A stretch of 62,043 bases of DNA, counting the filler, from Sphacelaria rigidula (lineage: Eukaryota), in assembly GCA_964200075.2 (NCBI GenBank). It is 6 parts of 6 records of this genome, joined end to end, with 100 filler letters (N's around TTAATTAATTAA, not from the genome) between each part and the next. Parts side by side here need not be neighbours in the genome. Positions count along the whole stretch, not along the records: positions 41,433 to 51,688 come from CAXNAA020006849.1; positions 51,789 to 62,043 come from CAXNAA020006850.1; 4 more parts are not named here. One strand, written 5' to 3'. The stretch's first letter is position 1. Each line of letters opens with the position of its first letter. The notes below the pieces were generated by a model. The model was not told the origin of the DNA, did not search any database, and saw nothing but the letters and a program-made list of their open reading frames with translations. This document shows, in pieces, positions 50,208-62,043 of the stretch. Both the position numbers and the translations under genes were made by a program.

Positions 50208-51688
50208 ATGGCTGTCTCTGAAAGTGATGATGCCAGAAATTGAAGCAACTCACTCGAGGCCGTCATCCATATCCAAGATAATCTGTACGCAGTAGGTCGA
50301 AAGTCTTAGCAGGATGCAGGTCACCCCTCGTACGACTTGCCGAACACATCACGGCGTTTTGCGCTTGGTGATTGATTGCGAGCCTGGTCCAGCCAAACCC
50401 CAGCGTGCTCCGTCCCGGCCTTGTATGGATGCGAGGTCGACGGGCTTATGACTACGGCATGTATGATCATGAGTACACCCCCCCTTATGGAGCACCGGCA
50501 ATGAAAAAATGGTGTTAGGGTCCCGGGCGATTTTTTCATCACCCTCTTGGGTAATATGGAGGATACGTTGCCAAATGAAGGACGAGAGAGGTTTCGTGAT
50601 TTTAGAGATAATGGTGACCGATTGAGATCTTTCACAGCGGAACTGACATGGCCGCCTTGAAAATACGGTTAGTTTGATAATTTGGGCTTTGGAATGACGT
50701 CAGTTTGTTTCGCCATGGTTCATGAGGTAAACACGTTCAGCTATATCTTACTAATGTTTCTACACTGCTCGCTTCGCATATCGATATGGTTCTGATTTCA
50801 TTTTTGATTGCACGCTGTGAAGGCTCTCAATCGGCCGTTATTGCCTCTAAACCTGCTAGAAGCTCTGATCCTTCATTTGAAAATATACATCGTATCTTAC
50901 GAACATTCTGTTTCAAGGTGAAATGAAGACCACCCAATACGTTGTCATTCTCATTTTGATTTTTCCCTGCAATAAGACCTGGCAACTATCTCGAGATATT
51001 GCGAACTGCGGATTGGTTTGTTTTAGCATGAACCTTGAAAACCTTCGCGAAAATTGGAATATTTCGGGGAAAAAATGCAAATGCAGTTTCCGACCGTGAC
51101 ATGTGGCGTTGCTCATCGTCAAAAGAATCCATCCGCACTTGGTAAAATCCCATGTTCATACCGAACAGTTCCAACTCCCGTTCATTTCCCACACATATTT
51201 GTTTCGTCAGAACCTCTTAACACGGGGATTCACAGACTTGCGGATGTTTTGTTTTTGAGGATGACCCTTAGGAACCTTTGCAAGAATTGAAATATTTTCG
51301 ATATTAAAATATAACTGCTGTTGCCGATCATGATGTTTGGCGTCGCTCATCGTCAATAGAACCCATTCGCAAAAAGAAACATCCCGTGTTCATGCCGAAC
51401 AGTTCCAACTTCCGTACATCCTCCAAACAATTGTGTCTTATTTGTCAGAACCTGTTTACACGGGATTTTACAAACTTCCGGATGTTTTGTTTTTGAGGAT
51501 GATCGAGACCATGCATCACGACCGCATAGTCCATTTGTATTCTTCAAAATGATTTGATGACTACGAAGGTTCCCCAGGTTCATGCTCAAGACAAAAGTCA
51601 TCTTCAATTTGCAAAATACCGTAACAACAAATTGTGCGAATTGAGGTTTAACTTCGAGATGAGGCTCAAGACTAAAACAGTGCTTCCC

Positions 51689-51788
51689 NNNNNNNNNNNN
51701 NNNNNNNNNNNNNNNNNNNNNNNNNNNNNNNNTTAATTAATTAANNNNNNNNNNNNNNNNNNNNNNNNNNNNNNNNNNNNNNNNNNNN
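51689..51788. other. Artificial contig linker
   Basis: N-run with central TTAATTAATTAA. Confidence 0.98.
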
Positions 51789-53989
51789 TTTTTGCTCCAA
51801 AAGCATAAGGGTGTACCCTTTTTTGTATATTGACCTTTTCAAATTCCAAATAATTTTGGTACAAAATCTGTAAATTTAATTATTTTGAATGGCTTCTCCT
51901 GCTGTTCGAAATAAATCCTCTTTTTGCCCGATTCAAATCGAGCAGAAAGGGATTTATCTCGGACAGCAGGAAAAGCTATTCAAAACAGATCCTTTCCTCG
52001 CCCCATTAAATTGAGTAAAAAAATGTTTTTTTTCGAACAGCAGAAGAACCTATTCAGAACAGATCCTTTTTTCGCCCATTTTAATTGGGCAAAAAAAGGA
52101 TTTACTTCGAACAGCCTTTTCTGCTGCACAAATCCCATGCACACTGGGAGATTTGAAATTTGAACAGCAAAAAAAGCTCGAAATAAATCTCCACTTTGCC
52201 TTCCAATTCATCCGGAAATTGGGCAAAAAGAGGTTTATTGCGAACAGCAACAGCTGCGCAACAGCTGGGCATATCCCGCATACTTCACCGTTATTAGCGT
52301 ATAGGATCCGACACGCAGAAAACGTTGTTGAAAGTAATTCATCCTCTTGCCCCCCAGTTCATGTACCAATTGGGCTAAGGGATGAATTCTCAACAGCTTT
52401 TGCTGAATAGAGATCCCACACACTACTTACGAGTGTATGTCTACACGCCTGTGCTTCGAAGCGATGGTTCCGCTGCAGGCGTGGTAAAGATGCTGGATTG
52501 ATGGTATATACCTTGCGTATAAATCCACATAGCTTATGAAACCCCGCGGTTCAGTGTCTACCAACACGAACCAAATGGATTTTAGCAAAAACGTGAAACA
52601 AAATTAATCGCGGTATATATGTACTCTGATAGGGATGATAAATTGACTGATCGACTGATTGATTGACTGTCGCACTTATTTAGCTGACCCCACGCAGCAG
52701 GCCGATCCAGCCGTGGTCTATATAATAACAATAATAAACTGTATAAAGCCATGCAGAACAGTGCAATACCGCGTGCTTATACGTCGGGTGCTGTATACTG
52801 CAGAGTGAGCGCGGCATATGCGCTACGTATGGCCAAGCAATGTGAATATATGCTGCAGCTCATATTTTGATATACGGGGATACTATATACCGCCAGGAGT
52901 AACTAAAGAGTTCACACGCAGCACGCGCACACAAGTGCAGCACGCAGTGAGCAGGGCATGAAAATAATGCGGGGAAAGTACAGTACACACAGCGCCGGAC
53001 TATATATGTTCTCTTCCTACACTGCGACGTGAAAGGGACTTGAACAACTCGCAGCTTTGTACTGACGATGCCTGCACCCATGCATCAACTATATGCGGTG
53101 AGTACGTGCATGCTATATATATATCCCGCGTGCGTATATGGCGGTTCGATCCTTCGCCATGCGATGCGCCGCGCGGCCACGAAAGAAGATGCTCAAGTTT
53201 CCAGGCACCAACAAGAAATACCTCATACCCAACCACGGCAGTGTGTATCTATATCCCTGTGCCCAACTCGTGCTCTTTGCTACAGACAGAATATACGGTT
53301 GTGCGGTATAGCTGCGAGAACAAAAGTGTTTTCGTCATGGGTGATTTGCGTGGATCTCGGGTCATGGTCTATACTATATCATATACGAGTACTTTGTAGT
53401 ACAAAATTGCTGGGGTCTCAAGGGTCAAACTTCAGAGGTAAATTACACCCAGTGGAGCGCTTTTCCCCCAGAGTTGCCAACAGGCGACAATTTTGAAATT
53501 ACAAAGTAAGGGTGCTCATGTTTTCGTTTCTGAAGTTATATTGCTTGATATATCCACTAGAAATAAAAAAATAACGTCCACGCGAACAAAAGTTACAAGT
53601 GGTTCAATACTCAGTGCGTTCTCCTCTCTATCACTAAAGTCCGAGTTCGACACTCACCCCTGTCACAAGTGAACTGTTTTTCAGCCAGTACTGCGCCCGC
53701 TGCAAGATCAGGCATAATATTGTAAGTGCGTGAAAATACTGTGCATCATGTTAACAGCAATGACCACTTCACGGAGGGACGAAACCATGTGAAGCGTCCT
53801 GTGTGGCGCTAAATAATACTGTAACCTACAGTCAAATCCCCGCGAGAAACACTACATAGTTTCCCTTAAACCCTGTGAGGCGTCTTGTGAGGCGCAAAAA
53901 AACACCCTACAGCCAAATCCCCGCGAGAGACACCGCACAGGTTCCCTGAACCCTGTAGACGTGCCCCACAGGGTGCTTTTTGTCCACGA

Positions 53990-54420
53990 GGGTCGTGGGT
54001 ACACAAAATTCGACTGAACGGTCGATGAGGGAAAGGGACTACTAAACCCCTCTCGCGATAAAAAACAAAGGGAAACACCGCAGGAGGAAGGTCGGGTACT
54101 AAAAACAAATAAAAAAAATCTCCTGTGTTGACCTCCCTCGTTTGTGACCCCGGTTGGTGCGCCCACATTTACCGAAAGGTGTAGACTAGCGCCTAGAATA
54201 GATGGGACGACAACACAACACAACACAACACACACAACCTTTCTATGCAACGACAGGCGTGTTTCTCAGTCCGGACGTGAAGAATTTTGCGCCCTTGTCC
54301 CCGGGTACTGTCAGTCTTGGCTTACTTGTTCCCATCCTCCGCTCCCCATGGAGAGTCTTTGCTGCTGCATACTACAGATGGATGATTTTCGAATCGCCCA
54401 CTACGTTCAGTGACATTCTC
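53990..54420 (+). mobile_element. 5'-truncated copy of the SINE-like family
   Basis: Colinear with 49530-49956 (cccacatttaccgaaaggtgtagac, gctccccatggagagtc, gcatactacagatggatgattttcgaatcgc). Confidence 0.8.
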
Positions 54421-55084
54421 AACCAGTACAAGCCTCTTAGCTGGTGAATGTGAGAGTAATTACGTTTTTTACAACTATTCACGATTTCAAAAGGGGAAGT
54501 GAGTCAACACAGGCCTGAACGAAGCAGAGGGGAGCAACAACATCCGCATCTCGAGAGACAACGAGGGGTGGGGGGTTGGGGGTCTGGCCTCGAAGAGGTG
54601 GGGCTCTGAAACAAAAAGGCTGCACGGCAGGAGAGTTGGCTTGCTGAGTCCGCTCATCACAACAAAAATACAAAAACTGAAAGAGTGCAATTCTGGAGCC
54701 TTCACGTCGTTTTGCGCTCCAGGAAAGAGCTAGGCGGAATTTTACACCTTGGAGTGCGTTGCTGTACTCGTTGAGACAGTATTGGCACACCTCTGCATTT
54801 TCCCAGTGGCCGCAGCTGTTTTTTTGCCCAACCTTGCATTTTTCTCGGCGACCGGCGAAGTCCACAAAAGGGCTCTTTCTCTGTTTGTTCTCGGCCGTTT
54901 CACGGCCTGAGGACATAGCTTGGTGGAGTTCGACACCTTGGGGTGACTTGTTCTACCTTTTGAAGCGGTTCGAGGACATTTTCGCGTTTTCCGGTGGTCG
55001 CAATTCTGATTTTTGCCAATCAGGCATTATTGTCCAGAGGCCTTCAAGTTCTACTAAAAATAACACTTTTTCCCAGATTTGGGC

Positions 55085-56730
55085 ACAATGCCCATACATG
55101 GGGATATATTGTTGTAGTGAAATGTGAATTTCAACCAATCAGATGCCCTTCAGTGAGGAATCGGCGGAATCTAGCGCCAATGTAATGCGACCTTCGCAGT
55201 GCAATATGTAGTGAAAAATGCTTGTGATTGGCTCGCGGACTCAAGTCACATCTGTAGTGTACGCCCGGACGGATGGAACAGCAGCAGCGACACGAAGCTG
55301 CGAGCAGACAAGCAGACAGCAAGCGATACATTGCCGCCACAGTTGGTCATTGCGATGCTCGTGTATCGCTATATCCCCATCTTGCTGTGGCTGGTCGTCC
55401 GGCCTTCTCGTGACCGCGAGCGCTGGCGCCGATGCCAGCGACAGCAGCCGCCATGCTGACGGGTGCAAGCAGTACCCTGGCGGGTGCAGTATATCCGCAC
55501 TGTGCTGTGCGTTGCTCCTTTCATCGGAGCACGGGGTCTGGCCCAGCTGGTCGAGCGGTGTATACCGGCGCTGGTTGTTCGCCTTGACCCAGCTTTGTCC
55601 GGTAACGCGAAAATGATGAGTCCGAGTAACACGATGTTTTCAACAGTCAAGTGTGTATACCGCACTGCGTCCAGACTGATAGTATTTTTTAGAGGGTGAC
55701 GAACGCAACCATACAGCACCTCATGCAATCTCGGCGGAGACAAAACCATCTTCGCAAGGTGTAAACACACCATAGAACAGTGCAAGGGTCGGGCGAATCG
55801 ATGATTCGTCTGAAAATTATTCGATTTTAATGTGATTGGTTCGTACGGTACGAATCAATCCTCAGGCTTTGTTACCAGCGTTGCAACGCAGGCACGCGCT
55901 GCCGAGGCACGTGTAAGATCCACTTTTATAGCAACGAATCTCGATTTGTACAAATATGAGGGTTTCAGCTCGTCTATAGGCGATTTTCTCCCGTGGATTG
56001 ATTTTTCGGATCCCAGCCCGTTCGGCAATGTTTTTCGCCTAGCTGTGAGCAAACCAGATCAACTCTCCGATTTGTTGGGCGTTAACTTTCGATACACCAC
56101 ATATCTGCTGAAATCAGGATACTCCAGCGCCTCTCTCGATTTTTATGAAGAAATCGGGGGAGATGCGGGAGTGTCCCGATTTGGGCACAAAGGTGGTGAA
56201 CCAAGGGTCAACCTCCAGTGAATCGGAGAATTGATTTTGTTTGCTCACAGCCAGGCGAAAAACATTGCCCAACGGACTGGGGTCTGAAAAATCAACCCAC
56301 GGGAGAAAATCGCCTGTAGACAGGCTGAAATCCTCATATTTGTACAAATCGAGATTCGTTGCCATAAAAGTGGGTCTAATGGCGCAAAAATTGCGTCGAA
56401 ACGTTCATAACCAGCGGTCAACTTTTGTTTACCCTTTTTCGAGCAACCGGGCCTGAAAAAAAGTGGATGTGGTGATTCGAACCGGCGATGGTTCGTCCGA
56501 ACCGTGGAACAGTGATAGCTACAGCACATATGAGACCCGAAGGGAGTGTGTTTGTGCGGCAGTACAGACAGTGAAACAGTACATGTTTCATGTTTCAGTT
56601 CTTGGGCTGATTTTGAACGGGTCCTCAGTGTTTGACGGGTGCCGATCTTGAATGCCCGGCCATATTCGCGCTTCGCGCAAATAGTTTAAGTCACTCAAAA
56701 ATCATCCCCATGTATGAGTCCTGTGCCTAG
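55085..56730. repeat. Dispersed repeat copy (paralog of 2000-2900) carrying a nested insertion
   Basis: Colinear with the contig 1 copy on both sides of the 55783-56506 insertion. Confidence 0.85.
55783..56506. mobile_element. Non-autonomous hAT-type element with perfect 8-bp TSD (GAACAGTG)
   Basis: gaacagtg|CAAGGGTCGGGCGAATC...GTTCGTCCGAACCGTG|gaacagtg, with an internal inverted repeat (about 55920-56075 vs 56220-56370). The empty site lies at 2689-2696. Confidence 0.9.
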
Positions 56731-57039
56731 ATTTGACCGTTTTCTCGGACAAAAATGAAAGCTTGGTCAAAAGAAAGTCTGCGGCCGCCGGACAACGCGA
56801 AGATACCTGGGAACCATCTCAGTGAGCAGAGAAAGTTATTCCAATATGTCAACCTCCGCCGCCTAGCTCTCTTTTAGGGCGTGAAACTACGAAGAAGGAC
56901 CAAAACAGCATTTTGACGGGGCTGTTTTTTTGTTCGCTGACGCGGTGTCTTTGAAAGTTTTTTTTATCGATCGAAAAAAATGGGGCGGTGGAATCGAGTT
57001 GGGTCCAAGCGAATTTTCAACCTTCCGACTTGAAAAAAG

Positions 57040-59490
57040 ACAGTGAAAATCGTGAAACTGTACATGGTGACTCGTGTGCAGTACAGTCTGTACTGTCAGC
57101 ACTGCTTGAAAGCGTGTGTGCGTGTTTCGCACAGGGGGATGCAAACACAGAAGTGGGCAACGTGCAGCGCAGACAGCCCATGCAGGACTATCACTTCTCT
57201 CTGCTTACAATGCGACGTGAATAGGACTTCAGCAAGGTGCAGCTTCATACTGCCTGCACTGTCCATAAGCGTGCACGCAACTCGGTTGCCCACCGTACCA
57301 CGCAGTTCCGTCGCTAATTCCCACCATGAGAGAGGGTGCGCAAGTTTTCGCCAACGAAAAATAACAAAGCAAACCAAGCTACTGCAGTGTATCTATCCCT
57401 GGGCTCAAGTCGTGCCCTATTCCGCGTGTGTTGCGATGGTAGCTGAGAATGAGTTGGATGGAGTTAGCATCATTCTGTGAACAGGTCTTCTCTGGCGTGG
57501 TGGTCTGTAAGATAGGAGTCAAGTGTCGCTTCGTGCCTTCCGACCGCATGTTTTCGATCGAAGGTTGACGTTTCGTGTCCAAGAGTTTCTCGCACGCCAC
57601 TAATTACAATTTTGAGTTGAAGTTGAAGCCTTCAAGGAACATAAATGCGGTGAACCCATCAGATCGGCAAAAAAAACGACCGCACTTTTTCGATCGAAAA
57701 AAGAGTGTTGTCGTTTTTTGCGCTTCCTATATATTTAATTTCTTGTTTGTTTTTCGCGTTTCTGCCCTTTTTCTGCGCTTCTCTCTTGCTTTTTTGCGCT
57801 CCCCTCCCCTTTTTTTCGGCTCCTCAAATTCTTTTTCGACCCTAAACTTCTCGCGGCCCCCCATGCTGAAATCTTCAAAAGTATATGCTTTTAAAATAAC
57901 GCATGTGCTTATGCGCAAAACCCCGTTTCATGCGAAATTATATGCGTGCTGCATACAAGCAAAAGTCTAACTGTAATCGGTCACGGATTTCCGGCGCAGC
58001 TTCTTCCGAGACCATGCAAGTTGTTCGGCACGAGAGGTAAGCTACACCAGCGGGTTGCCGGTTGTTTGGTGCGATTGCTTTTTTGTTTCAAGTAACATGA
58101 TCGTGTCCAAGCTACATCACTTGAGCAGGGTGGGAAAACATTGACTTCGCGCAGTGGGGATGATCGTACTACGTGGTGTCCAAATAGTGAGACACCTCCA
58201 TGAGACTATTTAGACCCTTGTAATGCGTGAGACGATCGACCGCGTGCTTAGGGGACTGCGCCGTAGTTGGAAACACCTCGGAATGGGCGTGTTTCAATAC
58301 ACACCAGGCGAGTCCCTGCAGAGACCACTCTCCTGACCCTAACCCCAACACTAACCCCAACCCTAACCCTAACCCTAACCCTAACCCTAACCTTAACCCA
58401 AACCATAGGGATGTTCAAATTCCGATGCGGTCCTTTGAGCACGCGGACCTCGCACGCATTACACCATGGCTGCATGTCTCTCTGCTCTGGACAACTGTCA
58501 CCCGAAAAGAACATATCACAACAAAGCTTCGAGCAGAACAAACTCAACAAGATGCAGCTCACCGTTCATGCGACGGGCCGAACGCACATCACGGTGCTTC
58601 GTGCTTGATGGCTAATTGCGAGCCTGGTCCGGCTAAAGCCCGGCGTGCTCCGTCCCGCTTTGTAGGCATGCTTCAACGAGCACGAGCAGCTACGGTCACC
58701 CAGCGGATGGTCAATACTCTGCCTTGACTATGCGTGACGGGGCACTAGCCCCTTTGTATTATGTACCTTTTATGCTGTAGTAAGACAACGAAAAATGTAT
58801 GGAAAATGACAAGGTTGCCCCTCTTCAATCGTGAAACGGTACAGTCTGTACAGTAGTGTCTGCACTGCTTGCGAGCAATGTCTTGAGTGCGTGGGTGCGT
58901 GTTTCGTACAAGAGGATATATAATAGGGCCGGGCAAAGTGCAGTGCAGACAGCCCAGGACTATGAGTCCTCTCTGCTTACAATGCGACGTGAAAAGGACT
59001 TTAGCAACGTGCAGCTTCGTACTGCCTGCACTGTTGTCCATGAGCGTGCACGCAACTCGATTGCCCACCGTACCAGGCAGTTCCGTCGGTAATCTCTACC
59101 ATCAGAGATCAGAGAAGACGCGCACGTTTTCGCCAACAAAAAATAAGCAAAGCACACCGGACTTCTGCGGTGTTTTCATCCCTGAGCTCAACTCGTGCTC
59201 TATGCTGCAGGATTGTGGTGGCAGCTGAGAATGAGTTTGATGGAGCTTGTACGGTCCTGTGAACAGGTGTCATCTGGCGTGGTGGTCTGTAAGACAGGAG
59301 TCGATAAATGCTGCTTCGTGCCTTTCGACCGCATGTTTTCGATCGAAAACGGTTGTTTTTCACCTCGAGCGGTTCTTCTCCGCGCGCCGCTTATTATAAT
59401 TTTGAGTGGAAGCCATCTAGGGACATCAATGCGGTGGACCTATCAGATCGGCAGAAACAAATCGACCGCACTATTTTGAAAACAAAAATG
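57040..59490. repeat. Two diverged direct copies of a repeat of about 650 nt (about 57040-57690 and 58820-59490)
   Basis: Shared ctctgcttacaatgcgacgtgaa, gagaatgagtt, gaccgcatgttttcgatcgaa and tcagatcggca, in the same order. Confidence 0.85.
58337..58405. repeat. Interstitial telomere-like (CCCTAA)n tract
   Basis: About 11 perfect or degenerate CCCTAA units, internal to the contig. Confidence 0.9.
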
Positions 59491-61999
59491 CGACACGCCT
59501 ATTTCATTCATCCAGAGGGTGAAACAACAAAGAGAAAGGCGTGAAACCAGAATGACCTCTGGGGGCCGGGCCATCGCTGTAGAGTTTCAGCAGTCGACAC
59601 ATCCCTCTGGAGGGTTTCATTTTGTTGTAGAGCCTAAAGACTTCTGTCACTCATGATCAGATCGCCATGCGGACTCCTCCCATCACGGGCACATGGACTT
59701 CAGTAGCTTCACGTATTCACATATTAACCCTCAGCATAGTACAGGAGAACAGGACCATAGCCTCTCTCCACCAGAGTGGCAAAACCGGCTCTACACGTCA
59801 TGGAGGTCACCCATCACAGAGTCCGGCGATCAGACCCGTTACTCCACCTACAGGATGTCCCTAACCTTAGGTAGTAATGGTGGCTAGAGTCTACAGCACC
59901 CCCAAAGCTGTCTACTACCAACAAGTAGTTACATAGAGCTTGACAACCTCTGACATTATTGGCGCCTGAAAGTACCGTCGTTTTCCGCAAAGAATAGCAA
60001 TCTCTTCCGCTGCTTTCGACAACAGCTCCATACAAGCTTGCCCCACTTCCGAACAACTCGCAAGAGATCCCAAGAGAATATTGTCCATCATGAACATGCA
60101 GTCGCGCTACTTGCACCACTCCGAGTCAAAAAGCGATAGCTAGCGCCGAATTCTCAAATCTTCTCCCAAAACAAGTCTTTTGACTCTTCATCGGCACGAA
60201 ACCGAAAATGTCAGCAAACGTCAAATTCCAGAGCATTCGTGACTCATCGTCCCTCTCATCCGAGACAAGGTACTTCTCAACATACAAAATGCACTCTTTG
60301 TACGTTCAACACCTGCGCAACGAATTGCGACACCCAAATGATACATCATCCTCACGCTAGAAGAAAATAAGCACCCAACACATCTAAAACGCACCTGGCC
60401 TCTTGCTTCTGCAACACCGTGAAAAACGTATGCATCGCATGCCTCCCCGCCGTCAAAGCTTAAATGTTTCAACTCGCCATCGTTTCATTAAGGCAATCAA
60501 AGGAAGGCCATGACTCAAACCACTATTCAAGTCATGCATACTAATCCAACGACGGAAAACAGACCTGGACCTCCGCCATCATTGATCATCTCTCGTGATC
60601 TCGCTTTCGAACTCTTGTTTTCGAGCAAATCCCAGATGTTTCTATATCTCGTTTGGATCTTGGGCCGTCATATCCCGTCCGTGCATCAGCCAAAATGTAG
60701 AAATATTGAATTCCTCGACACTCTCGGAGTTCACCTGCACCAGTTCCTCGAACAAATGGACGCATCATCCACATGCTCCTTCTGACATGAACGAAAAACC
60801 AACCACGTGCTCGTTCAAACACGTGACAATCCATACAATAACGTGCCAGTGTCAAAGATCATTGATGCATGCGCGAATAATGTCTTTATTTGCAACCACC
60901 GGAAGCACTCGCGTCATACCTGCACACATACGACGGACTGCTGCCGAGATACCCCCCTCCCGAACCGGCCAAAAAAGTGCACGAAGGCGATGATCATAAA
61001 TACCGTTAGCGCTGGTTTCGGGCTGCCCGACGCGACTCATTTGGGTGTCATATCTGATTTCGGACTACTACACGCCTCTCATGTGGGCAAAATTTCTGCA
61101 AACCAGCCCAACAGTGGGATAGCAGCCAGTTTGTGGGCCGGTTTGCGGTGCACTTTGTATGAAGAGGCTATGTCGGCAGCATTAGTCGACGAGCCCACGC
61201 ATTTAATATCTTTCAGCTCATTTTCACGGTAACAGCAGGTATCACCGTCTCCTACAGTCAGTACGAGCCGACGCATTTCGCAGTTTTTCTCATTTTCACA
61301 CTACGAGCAGCGATCCATATATCCTGCAGTCAGTACGTGCAAACCGCGCAAGTATGATTCGACTGTGTTCTCGCGCGAACAAGGTTATACGAGCTTCTCT
61401 TCCTTTAGCATACAGCAATATATTGAAAACTGCCCCACCCTAGGTCGACACCAGATACCATTGATATTAGTACCATTTGAGCAAAAATTCGCACATGCAT
61501 GCCAAAATTCCACCCAGCATGTGAAAATCCGCACATGCATGCCAATATTCACTCAGCACATGCAATGCCACCTTCCTCGCAGCAAACACCATGCACCGTC
61601 CGTGCCAACAAGATCAGCACAACACACACATGTCAAATATCCATGTGCACGCCAGAGTTTTACCCTGCACACGCGATACAATCTGTGAACCTGCCTGGAA
61701 TCAGAAACAGGTTACAGTGCTGCTCCAGAGGCCTCCTCCCTGTCACGGGCTCCAGAGACTTCAAGACTCAAGCAGTCATTCAAACTGCACTCTTTCGTTA
61801 ACTAGAAGTGACCCTTGTTTGCCCCCCTCACAAACACGATATGCTACGCATTTATTAATCATCCTCCAATCGTTGTCACACGATCACAACTGATATCCAT
61901 ATGCTACCGTACTCCTCATGCTAGAGGTGCTACTGTACTTTCTCTACAGCACCCCCAAGCTACATTCTACTCAAAAATAGCAAACTGGCTCGATCATCA

Positions 62000-62000
<1 letters not shown>

Positions 62001-62043
<43 letters not shown>
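62001..62043. repeat. (TTA)n microsatellite at contig end
   Basis: Pure ttattatta run to the end of the window. Confidence 0.97.

Overview
This is intron-rich, repeat-rich eukaryotic nuclear DNA. Gene architecture, a plastid-type presequence and TTAGGG-type repeats suggest a stramenopile, probably a brown alga (inference). The window is not one locus. It is six contigs of non-increasing length (1-10259, 10360-20617, 20718-30975, 31076-41332, 41433-51688, 51789-62043) joined by 100-nt N/TTAATTAATTAA/N linkers, so adjacency across linkers carries no information. Hand-splicing recovers five partial host genes: a Mis18/Yippee-like gene head-to-head with an AGC-type Ser/Thr kinase (contig 1), a probably myristoylated cyclic-nucleotide-binding protein with a GC-AG intron (contig 2), a BSD-domain protein (contig 3) and a probably plastid-targeted TrmB tRNA m7G46 methyltransferase (contig 4). 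Contig 4 also holds a candidate 3' end of an unknown gene. Contig 5 carries an internally deleted chromodomain-bearing Ty3/Gypsy element with both LTRs and a TSD. The remainder is MITEs (hAT-like, piggyBac-like, 4-bp-TSD, foldback), a tRNA-derived SINE family, a decayed hAT transposase, microsatellites and an interstitial telomeric tract. I found no convincing novel multi-gene system. The most interesting items are unusual signalling-protein architectures and nested transposon structures.
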